A stretch of 32,755 nt of DNA, taken from assembly GCA_041567215.1 (NCBI GenBank), contig JBFGRR010000001.1, forward strand, positions 1-32,755, given 5' to 3'. Below, piece by piece: positions 1 through 8,200 of the stretch (position 1 is the stretch's first letter; every line of letters starts with the position of its first letter). Source of the stretch: Acidimicrobiia bacterium (GTDB lineage Bacteria; Actinomycetota; Acidimicrobiia; Spongiisociales; ZC4RG35). Position numbers and translations under genes: made by a program. Below the pieces are notes generated by a model, which saw only the letters and a program-made list of their open reading frames with translations, searched no databases and had not been told where the DNA came from.

Positions 1-606
1 GCCGCCCAGATGTGCCGTCGCGCCGGAGAGATCCGGACCGAAGGAGGCTCCACCGTATGGCCCCGCCGAGTGGCAGGCGTAACAAGCGGGTCCTCCGTTG
101 GCCAGACTCACGGATCCCATGAACAGAGCCTCGCCGGCGGCAGGATCTCCGGCGGTCGGAGCGGATGGAGCCGCCGTCGTCGTGGTAGAGGCATCGGGGC
201 CGACTGCCGAGCCGAGACTCTGCAAGTACTCGACCAGGTGATCGATGTCGTCTTCCGACAGCTGCGGAAACGCCGGCATGTTGCCGTTGTAGGTCTGCCC
301 GAGAACGACGATCTCGCCTTGGAGGCCTTCGGTGACCACCTGCACGAAGTACTCAACGTCCTCGATCGACGGATTGCCGGCGAGCGGAGGGAATACACCC
401 GGCAGACCCGTGGCGCCGGCCTGGTGACACGCCTGGCACAGCTGCTCGTAGGTGGCCTTGCCATCCGCGACGTCGGCGAGAGCTCCGCTCTGAGGGAGCA
501 GGACGATTGTTACGAGGGCGACCGCAACAACCCAGAGGCCTCGCAGGCCGAGCTGACGGGTGTGTCGGCGAGACGTGCCACCAGGGCGTCGCGCGCCGGC
601 TGCCAC
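1..606 (-). CDS. c-type cytochrome with two CxxCH heme-binding motifs (partial; 3' end runs off the left edge; not in the supplied ORF track)
   Basis: I hand-translated the minus frame whose codons sit at 1-3, 4-6 and so on. There is no stop from about 642 down to 1. It reads ..LRGLWVVAVALVTIVLLPQSGALADVADGKATYEQLCQACHQAGATGLPGVFPPLAGNPSIEDVEYFVQVVTEGLQGEIVVLGQTYNGNMPAFPQLSEDDIDHLVEYLQSL, then a Thr/Ala/Pro linker, then GEALFMGSVSLANGGPACYACHSAGPYGG... CQACH lies at 438..424, CYACH at 84..70, and there is an NGNMPAF axial-Met motif. An N-terminal hydrophobic anchor is present. The start is uncertain: in-frame GTG at 606 or ATG at 642. Either one overlaps the 3' end of the Rrf2 gene. Confidence 0.8.
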   Translation of the reverse strand, partial: MAAGARRPGGTSRRHTRQLGLRGLWVVAVALVTIVLLPQSGALADVADGKATYEQLCQACHQAGATGLPGVFPPLAGNPSIEDVEYFVQVVTEGLQGEIVVLGQTYNGNMPAFPQLSEDDIDHLVEYLQSLGSAVGPDASTTTTAAPSAPTAGDPAAGEALFMGSVSLANGGPACYACHSAGPYGGASFGPDLSGATAHLGG

Positions 607-932
607 GCATCGTGAAGGGCGCAGTTCTGATCGGCCGGGCATGGCCCTGCTCTCAGCACACACTTCCCATTCACCGTGGGTCCTTCGATGGCCTCGATCA
701 CCTCCAGCATCGACAGCTTCGAGACGTCCACCACGAGTCTGTATCCGCCGGTTGGACCAGGTTCCGAGTCGACCCAGCCCTGCTGCACCAGCGGCGCCAG
801 CACCTGGGCCATGAAGGCCTGACTCGTCCCTGCCCACTTCGCCAGCTGCGACCCCTTCACGCGCTCCTGCTCGGACAGCGAGCAGAGCGCTCTCACCGCC
901 AGATCTGTCTTGCGAGTGATTTCGAGCCGCAT
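510..932 (-). CDS. Rrf2/BadM-family transcriptional regulator with a C-x6-C-x5-C cluster-ligand motif (NsrR/IscR-like)
   Basis: 140 aa. The N-terminus MRLEITRKTDLAVRALCSL...SQLAKWAGTSQAFMAQVLAPLVQQGWV is a typical Rrf2 winged HTH. GKCVLRAGPCPADQNCALHDAW supplies three Cys. ATG at 932 is preceded by AGGAGAA. The gene starts 21 nt downstream of the narK stop. Confidence 0.85.
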   Translation of the reverse strand: MRLEITRKTDLAVRALCSLSEQERVKGSQLAKWAGTSQAFMAQVLAPLVQQGWVDSEPGPTGGYRLVVDVSKLSMLEVIEAIEGPTVNGKCVLRAGPCPADQNCALHDAWQPARDALVARLADTPVSSACEASGLLRSPS

Positions 933-953
933 GCCAGTTCTCCTGTCTGTCGC

Positions 954-2294
954 TCAGCACGGCTTTTCCGCTCCCTTCCGGGCGTAGAACCACCAGTTGA
1001 TGACGATGTTGATGGCGTAGAAGACCGCAACTCCGATGAAGAAACCCACCGGCGACCCTGTTGCACCGAGCACCGCGCCGATCGCGGCCGCAAAGATGAA
1101 TGGGCCATAGGCGGCGATGGCGGCTGTCCATCCGAGCACACCCGAGGCCTGCCTCGGCGGGAAGATCATCGGCATCTGCTTGTAGGTCGAGGCGTTCCCG
1201 ATGCCCGAGAAGAGGAATATCGACAGCATGAACACCACGAAGAGCGGGAACTGGTCGAGGCTCGTGGGTTCCAGATAGAACAGGACCGCGATCGCCGAGG
1301 CGAGCAGACCGATACCCGAGACCATCGTCACCCTGGCACCGCCGAACTTGTCGGAGGCGGGGCCGGCGAGGATACGCGCCGCCGAGCCGACCAGTGGCCC
1401 GAGGAACGCGAAGGAGAGCGGGTCGGGAGCCGACTCGAATCCGCCGTACACCTCACGGATCAACAGCGGGAACGCGGCCGAGAACCCGGCGAACGAGCCG
1501 AAGGTCATCACGTAGAGCGAGGTCATCAGCCAGGTGTGCTTCTCCTTGAAGATGTCCGTCTGCTGCCGGAAGTCCGCCCGAACCGGCACGCTGCGCAGCA
1601 TGAACCAGGCGGCGATCGAGAACACGACCACGAAGGGAATCCACACGAACAGCGAGTTCTGGAGCCAGATGTCACTGGCGACTCCGTCCTTGGTATACGT
1701 CTGTGAGGCGCCGGCCAGTGACCCGAATGCCGCGAAGCCGATGATCCACGGCGTGACGAACTGAACCAGGCTGACACCGAAGTTGCCGATGCCGGCCTGC
1801 ACACCGAGGGCCGTTCCCTGCAGCCGCTTGGGGAAGAACAGACTGGTGCTAGGCATGAATGACGAGAAGTTGCCCCCACCCAGGCCGGCCGCAAACGCGA
1901 GGAGCATCATCAGCCAGTAAGGGGTGGTCGGATCCTGAACGGCGATGAAGAGGCCGACCAGAGGAACCAGCAACAGGGCACTCGATGCGCTGATCACCTT
2001 GCGGGTGCCCAGGATGGGTATCAGGAAGGTGTGGACGACCCGCAAGGTCCCGCCTGCCAGACCTGGCATCGCCGCCAGCCAGAAGAGCTGCGATGTGGTG
2101 AAGCCAAATCCGATGTTGGGGAGCCTCACGACGAGCGCCGAGACCACGAACCACACCGCGAAGGCCATGGTCAGGTTGGCGGTGGTTATCCAGAGGGTCC
2201 GCCAGGCGATCCGCTTCCCCTTGTCTTCCCAGAAGCCCTCGTCCTCCGGGGTCCACTGGTCGTAGAAGTCTCCGGTGGTGGTCAGCGAAGTCAC
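954..2294 (-). CDS. narK: NarK-type nitrate/nitrite transporter (MFS, NNP family)
   Basis: 446 aa and polytopic. The N-terminus WEDKGKRIAWRTLWITTANLTMAFAVWFVVS is typical of NarK antiporters. An NNP signature is present (GVQAGIGNFGVS). GTG start at 2294 forms a GTGA overlap with the upstream transporter's stop. Confidence 0.85.
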   Translation of the reverse strand: MTSLTTTGDFYDQWTPEDEGFWEDKGKRIAWRTLWITTANLTMAFAVWFVVSALVVRLPNIGFGFTTSQLFWLAAMPGLAGGTLRVVHTFLIPILGTRKVISASSALLLVPLVGLFIAVQDPTTPYWLMMLLAFAAGLGGGNFSSFMPSTSLFFPKRLQGTALGVQAGIGNFGVSLVQFVTPWIIGFAAFGSLAGASQTYTKDGVASDIWLQNSLFVWIPFVVVFSIAAWFMLRSVPVRADFRQQTDIFKEKHTWLMTSLYVMTFGSFAGFSAAFPLLIREVYGGFESAPDPLSFAFLGPLVGSAARILAGPASDKFGGARVTMVSGIGLLASAIAVLFYLEPTSLDQFPLFVVFMLSIFLFSGIGNASTYKQMPMIFPPRQASGVLGWTAAIAAYGPFIFAAAIGAVLGATGSPVGFFIGVAVFYAINIVINWWFYARKGAEKPC

Positions 2295-3793
2295 TCGACA
2301 CTCCCTTCACGAGACAGGAGTTCTTCGGAGTACATCTCATCGGCGAAGGCGTCCTCGGGTTCCTTCAGGAAGATGGCCACGTAGAGCAGGCTGAACGCGG
2401 CACCCGAAGCAAGGATGTAGAAGAACGTGCTCGAATCCACGAACGAGAACACCACCAGGTAGACGACGGCGCCGACATTGCCGAAAGCACCCGCCATTCC
2501 GGCGACCTGGCCGGTCATCCGCTTGTTGATGAGCGGGATGATCGCAAACGTGGCACCCTCGGCGCCCTGGACGAACATCGAGCAGACCACGGTGATGGCG
2601 ACCGCTGCCCAGATCGGCCACGCCGAGTCGATGAACCCCATGCCGAGGAATCCAAGGGAAATCCCGGCCATGTAGCCGAGCATCACCAGCTTGCGGTTGG
2701 TGAGCTTGTCCGAGAGAAGACCGCCCAGCGGGCGAGCAAACAGGTTGACGAATGCGAATGAGGCAGCGATGACCCCGGCCGCCTCGGCGCCCAACGAGAA
2801 CGTGGCTTCGAAGAAGGCCGGAAGCATCGACACCACCGCGAGTTCGGCTCCGAAGTTGGCGATGTACGTGGTGTTGAGTGCAGCCACGCTGTTGAAGGAG
2901 TACTTCTCGGATTCGGGGACGCCCGCACGCAGATGCGGCAGATTCACCTGCAGCGACTTCAGGACATGAGCCAGATAGGCGACGCCCAGGCCTGCGTAGA
3001 TCAGCCAGAGCATCCTCTCGGAGATGAGCGCTGCGCCGTCGATCTGGATACGGGCAATCCGCCAGGCCAGGAGCCCGAGAGCCCCGAAGATCGGGAAGGA
3101 CCAAACCAGGTACTGAACGAGGTCACCGTGGCTGCTCACCAGCATCGGCTGAGCCTTCTTGACGCCCACGAAAGGAACGCCTTCGGGTGTGTCCGTGACT
3201 TTCGCGTAGTAGATGAATCCGTAGACCAGGGCGACCAGACCGTTGACGAAAAGCGACCAGCGCCAGCCGTCTTCGATCCCCAGCCAGTTCTCGAAGAGGG
3301 TGATGGCGATCCACGGGAGGGTGATCGCCGCCCAGGCCGACCCGAAGTTCCCCCAGCCGGCGTAGAAGCCCTCGGCTCTGCCGATCATCTTGGGTGGGAA
3401 CCACTGGGCGACCATCCGGATCCCGATGACGAAGCTGGCGCCGACCGTGCTCAGGACCAACCGGGAGACCAGCAGTTGCGTAAGGCTGTCGCCGAACGCG
3501 AAGAAGAAGGTCGGGATCGACATCGTGATGAGCAGGCCCGAAAAGACCAGCCGGGGTCCGTACTTGTCTATGAGGGCACCAACGAGGATCCGGGCAGGAA
3601 TGGTGAGGGCCACGTTGACTATCGCCAGGACCTTGATGTGCTCCTCGGTCAGCCAGCCGATGTCACGCAGCATCGTGGTGGCCAGTGGCGCCATGTTGAA
3701 CCAGATGTAGAACGAGATGAAGAAGGCGATCCAGGTGTAATGGAGAACCCTGATGCGCTCCTGCTGGAAGTCGATGAGCTCTGGCCTCTTCAC
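2291..3793 (-). CDS. NNP-family nitrate/nitrite transporter (NarK1/NasA-like, MFS)
   Basis: 500 aa and polytopic. Both NNP signature motifs are present (GFYAGWGNFGSAW and GMAGAFGNVGAVV). GTG start at 3793 is preceded by GGGAGGG 5 nt upstream. Confidence 0.85.
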   Translation of the reverse strand: MKRPELIDFQQERIRVLHYTWIAFFISFYIWFNMAPLATTMLRDIGWLTEEHIKVLAIVNVALTIPARILVGALIDKYGPRLVFSGLLITMSIPTFFFAFGDSLTQLLVSRLVLSTVGASFVIGIRMVAQWFPPKMIGRAEGFYAGWGNFGSAWAAITLPWIAITLFENWLGIEDGWRWSLFVNGLVALVYGFIYYAKVTDTPEGVPFVGVKKAQPMLVSSHGDLVQYLVWSFPIFGALGLLAWRIARIQIDGAALISERMLWLIYAGLGVAYLAHVLKSLQVNLPHLRAGVPESEKYSFNSVAALNTTYIANFGAELAVVSMLPAFFEATFSLGAEAAGVIAASFAFVNLFARPLGGLLSDKLTNRKLVMLGYMAGISLGFLGMGFIDSAWPIWAAVAITVVCSMFVQGAEGATFAIIPLINKRMTGQVAGMAGAFGNVGAVVYLVVFSFVDSSTFFYILASGAAFSLLYVAIFLKEPEDAFADEMYSEELLSREGSVE

Positions 3794-3820
3794 CTATCCC
3801 TCCCACCTGAGTTCGAATCT

Positions 3821-3866
3821 ATCCTAAAGTATCAGAATCATAAACTCAAAGACTCAATAGGGTCAA
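3821..3866 (-). promoter_or_regulatory. candidate sigma70-type promoter(s) for the narK1-narK2-rrf2-cytochrome unit
   Basis: This is the only AT-rich island in the window. Two candidate promoters read on the minus strand: TTGACC (3866..3861), 18-nt spacer, TATGAT (3842..3837); and TTGAGT (3849..3844), 17-nt spacer, TAGGAT (3826..3821). Three TTGA(C/G)(C/T) hexamers are spaced 8-9 bp apart. Confidence 0.35.
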
Positions 3867-3990
3867 AAGGCCCAAATGGGAGACGAATCATTCGCGAACG
3901 GGTGGTGGGTGCGCCTCAAACGCCCGCTCGGCGGTCGGGTCAGGTCTCGAAGATGATCCCGTCGAAGAGCCCCGGACGGCGGGTCCCCCT

Positions 3991-4767
3991 TCAGGGCGCC
4001 GCGAACGCCAATCCTGCGAGAAGAACGACCCCGAGGCCGAGCACGACCTGTTGCGCCCCGATGATCGCCGTGCGCGGCACGGCGATCCGCGAGAACCAGG
4101 CCTGGATTCCCGCCAGCACGGCGATCGCCGCCACCGCCGGCCATGGCGCCCAACCGAGCAAGGCCACCGCGACCACCAGCATCAGGGCGGCGAGCTGCGA
4201 CGCATCCGACGTGGCCACACGATGGGGTTGGGACTTCGCTCGCTTCAGCTGCAAACGGACGAACGGGATCGTGGCGATGGCACGGGCGGCGACCACAGAC
4301 CACACGCCCGCTGCGACGGAGCCGCTCTCGCCTCCGGCGAGCACGATCGCCGCAGCCACCGAACCGACCCCGATCGTTCCCGCCATCTCGGCAAGCAGAC
4401 GCCGTGAACGGCTGCGGATGTCGAACCAGGCCTCCACCGCGATCAGGGGGGCCGCGATGGCGAGCGGTTGCCAGAAAGCGAAGTCGGTGAGCAAGAAGGC
4501 CGTGACCAGCAGCGCCATGAGGAGCACGAGGTAACCGGCAGCGGCGGCCTCGGCCAGCGCTGAGCGCTCGAGCCGGCGCTTTCGCCACCTGTCCCCCAGG
4601 GCCAGCTTGAGAGGCGTTCGTGCCAGGAACGCCAGCAGCGCGCAGCCACCCAGGGCGAGTCCGGCACCGCCCGGAGCGACCATCAGTCCCAGCAGCACCG
4701 GCTCCAACGTCAAGCTCCAGCCGCCGTGCTCGGTGGGGACCGCGACCGCGCTCAAACGGGTTGCCAC
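3991..4767 (-). CDS. YwiC-like family integral membrane protein
   Basis: 258 aa with about 8 hydrophobic segments. The N-terminal VPTEHGGWSLTLEPVLLGL resembles the KQHGAWxML..P motif of the YwiC family, recalled from memory. GTG start at 4767. Confidence 0.55.
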   Translation of the reverse strand: MATRLSAVAVPTEHGGWSLTLEPVLLGLMVAPGGAGLALGGCALLAFLARTPLKLALGDRWRKRRLERSALAEAAAAGYLVLLMALLVTAFLLTDFAFWQPLAIAAPLIAVEAWFDIRSRSRRLLAEMAGTIGVGSVAAAIVLAGGESGSVAAGVWSVVAARAIATIPFVRLQLKRAKSQPHRVATSDASQLAALMLVVAVALLGWAPWPAVAAIAVLAGIQAWFSRIAVPRTAIIGAQQVVLGLGVVLLAGLAFAAP

Positions 4768-4804
4768 GGCCGCACCCTATCAATCCCGGCCCGGTCGAAC
4801 CGGG

Positions 4805-5260
4805 TCAGGCCTCGACGAGTTCCCGGGTCGGTCGGGTGACGATGAAAGCGACGCCCACCACTCCAAGGCCGGCGACCAGAGCTCGCAACCACAACCTGTC
4901 GAGGCCGATGGTGACGGAGAGGGTGACAACGACGACGACCGAGGTCACTGCGATGATCTTGATCTTGCGGGGAATCCCGAGACCGGCCCGGTAGTCCGCG
5001 AGCGTCGGGCCGAACCAGCGGTTGGTGAGCATCCACCGGTAGAGCCTCGCATTCGACATCGAGAACGCCCAGGCTGCCACCAACAGGAAGGGGGTTCCTG
5101 GAAGCCCCGGAACGACGAATCCGGCTATTCCAAGACCGAGAGCCACCAGGCCAAGCACGACCAGTCCGGCACGGATCAGGGGATTGCGCAGCTGCGGGCG
5201 GTCCTCCATCTGCGGAAAGGTACCGGGTGGTTTCCCGACCGCCAGTCGATTTTCATCCAT
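4805..5260 (-). CDS. YbaN/DUF454-family inner membrane protein
   Basis: 151 aa. GFVVPGLPGTPFLLVAAWAFSMSNARLYRWMLTNRWFGPTLADY matches the DUF454 core (LPTTPFLLLAA..F..SS.R...WL....FG). ATG at 5260 overlaps the hrpA stop by 8 nt. Confidence 0.75.
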   Translation of the reverse strand: MDENRLAVGKPPGTFPQMEDRPQLRNPLIRAGLVVLGLVALGLGIAGFVVPGLPGTPFLLVAAWAFSMSNARLYRWMLTNRWFGPTLADYRAGLGIPRKIKIIAVTSVVVVVTLSVTIGLDRLWLRALVAGLGVVGVAFIVTRPTRELVEA

Positions 5261-8200
5261 GGATCGCCAGCTCTTGCAGCGCCCGCCGGACCCGCTTCTC
5301 GCTGACCGCCTCTCGGGTGCCCAGCACCTGGGCGAAGAGGCTCACCCTCAGCTCCTGCAGCTGCCAACCGATCGCGGCAAGGCGGTCGGACATCGGCAAT
5401 GTGCCGAGAAGATGCTCATAGCGCTCTTCCAAGACCAGTACCCGCTCCATCCTCTCTTTGTCCCGAACCGGGTTTTCGGGCAGCTTTTCGAGCCGGTAGT
5501 GCGCTGCGTCCAGATACCGGAGCACGTCCATGAGACGCGATGAACCGAGCGACGAGATGAAGCCGGGGAAGATGAGCATGTTGAGCTGTGTCGCCACGTC
5601 GGACACTGCATAGCTGAAGCGCTCGGGCAGACGAGCGGCAGCGAGTTCGACCCGGTGCAGGGCCTCGAACACCTCGAGTGAGGCCTTGCCTGCACTGGTG
5701 ACCTTCTCATCGAGTTCGTCCTTGGCGCGGGCCACCAGCCGGTCGAAGGCGACCCCGTCGAAGGGCAGGCCGGCCGCCAGCAATCCGTTGGTGGCCGCCC
5801 GCAGGCAATCGTCGGCCCACTCGCCCACACCCTCGTACGGACCCGACCTGAGCGAGTCCCTGGCCGGATCGGTGAGCAGCCTCCGCAACAGCTTTCCCGG
5901 CGACGGGAGGACCAGGAGCAGCAGTCGCCGGACCCCGTCCCAATGGGCGTCCATCTGCTCGCGCTCGGTCGCCACGACACGAATCGAGACGGCCTCGCCG
6001 TCGTCCACGAGCGCCGGGTAGGCGAGAATCGTGCTCACCGGACCCTCGATCTCGACGCTGCGCGGCAGCTCGCCGAAGTCCCAAGATGTGATGCCGGACC
6101 TCTCGATGCGGTGCTGTGTTTCCTGCACAACGAGGCGGGATTCACGGGCCAGCTCCTCCTTGAGGACGGCCAGATCGCTCCCCTCGGCCAACACGACGCC
6201 CTCGTCGTCGACCACCCGGAACGCCGGCCGGAGGTGCGGAGGCAGCCTCGCCGGATCGAACGCCGTGAGAGGGATCTCCACCCCGCTCACGCGACTCACC
6301 TCCCTCCGGAGCGAAGGAAGGAGGCCGCCCTGCGCCGGGTCGAGCCCCTCGATCACCTGCCGGGCCGTCTCGGCAACCGGTACGAGGTGTTTTCGAATGC
6401 TCTTGGGAAGGGTCCTGATCAACTCGGTGATCAACTCTTCGCGCATGCCGGGGACATGCCAGTCGAACAGGGTCGGATCGACACGGTCGAGGCTCTGCAG
6501 CGGCACCTCGACAGTCAGACCGTCTGCATCACTGCGCGGGTCGAACCGGTAGTCGAGTGGCATGGCCACGTCACCGTGATGCCAGACGGGGGGAAAGGAC
6601 TCGGTGTCGGGAGGTGGAGCGGTCCGGTCGATCACATCCTCGAGGGCGAGGTCGAGCTGATGTGGATCTACCTCCTTCGCATCCCGCCACCATCGATCGA
6701 AGTGCCTGGTGGTGGTGATCTCGGCAGGGATACGGGCATCGAAGAAGTCGTAGAGATTCTCGTCAGCGACGAGCAGATCGGACCTTCGCTCCCGCTCCTC
6801 GATGGCGAGCACCTCGGCGATCTTCCGCCGGTTGTGCTCCAGAAAGGCGTGATGACCGTCCCATTCATCGGCGACCAGGGCATGGCGGATGAAGAGCGAC
6901 CGGGAGGCAGCCGGGTCGATCCGCCCGTACTGGATCGTCCTCGAAGGCACCAGCGTCAGCCCGTAGATGGTGACGGTCTCGGTTGCCACCGCCGACCCGC
7001 GCTCACCGTCCCACCACGGATCCGAGTACGACCGTCTCAACAGGTGGGAACCGACGTCCTCGACCCATTCCGGACGAATACCCGCAGCGGCATGTGCCCA
7101 GAGCCGGGTGGTCTCGACGAGTTCGGCCGCCATCAGGTGCTCCGGGGATCTCTTGAAGAGCACGGAAGCCGGGCTGAGCGAGAAACGCGATCCGTGCGCA
7201 CCCCGATACTCGTGGGAGTCCGGGTCCTTGACGCCGAGATGGGAGAGCAGTCCGGACAGAATCGATCTGTGGATCGTGTCGGGGTCGGAGCCGCGACCGC
7301 CCGACCCGAGGTTCAACTCGTCGGCCGCGTCCCGCAGCTGCGCATGCACGTCCTGCCACTCCCGGACCCGCCTGTAGTTGAGGAACTCGTCCCGGCACAG
7401 GCGCCGGAACTGACTGGACGTCCTCGCCCGTCTCTCGTCGCCCAGGTATGACCAGAGTTGGAGCCACCCGAGGAAATCGGAGTCCGCCACCCGGAATCGG
7501 GCATGTAGCTGGTCAGCCTGCTGCTCCTTGCCGGTGGGCCGCTCACGCGGATCCTGGATCGCCAGCGCCGCCACGATCACCAGCACGTCACCAAGACATC
7601 CGTTCTTGCCGGCCTCGACCACCATCCGGGCCAACCGGGGATCGAGCGGTAGCCGGGCGAGCGTGCGGCCCATCGGTGTCAACCAGCGCCCACTCCCCTC
7701 ACGCTCCGGATCCACCGCCCCCAACTCGACGAGGAGGGCGACGCCGTCACGAATCGCCTTGGTGTCGGGAGGATCGAGAAAAGGGAACGACTCGATCTCG
7801 CCGAGACCCAATGCGGCCATCTGGAGGATGACGGATGCGAGGCTGGTCCGTTGTATCTCGGGCTCTGTGTATTCGTCCCTCCCCTCGAAGTCGTCCTCCG
7901 AGTAGAGCCTGATGCAGATACCCGGGCCGACCCTCCCGCACCGACCGGCTCTCTGCTCGGCAGAGGCCTTCGAGATGGGCTCGATCGGGAGCCGCTGGAC
8001 CTTGGTTCGCCGGTTGTAACGGGAGATCCTGGCCGTGCCGGGATCGATGACGGCGCGTATGCCGGGAACGGTCAGCGAAGTCTCAGCCACATTCGTCGCA
8101 AGCACGATGCGCCGCCCGGTATGCCCTTCGAAGACCCGGTGCTGTTCGGCGGCCGAGAGCCGGCCGTAGAGCGGAAGGACCTCGGTGAGCCGGAGGTCGA

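Noticed and set aside
507-1706. Long plus-strand ORFs antisense to confidently identified minus-strand genes: 507..1706, 2933..4534, 5943..7451, 11323..12531, 13206..14138, 19006..19932, 25603..27081, 28124..29611, 30334..31101 and many shorter ones.
   Set aside because: Their translations are Arg/Pro/Gly/His-rich low-complexity strings with no recognisable motifs. They lie opposite genes with clear family signatures. These are typical shadow ORFs of high-GC DNA, where stop codons are rare in all frames.
3866-3990. A possible intrinsic terminator after the YwiC-like gene (CGCC-CGCTC-GGCG around 3921..3933).
   Set aside because: The stem is only 4 bp with a short TTT on the minus strand, which is not convincing. 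Transcription may read through or end by another mechanism.
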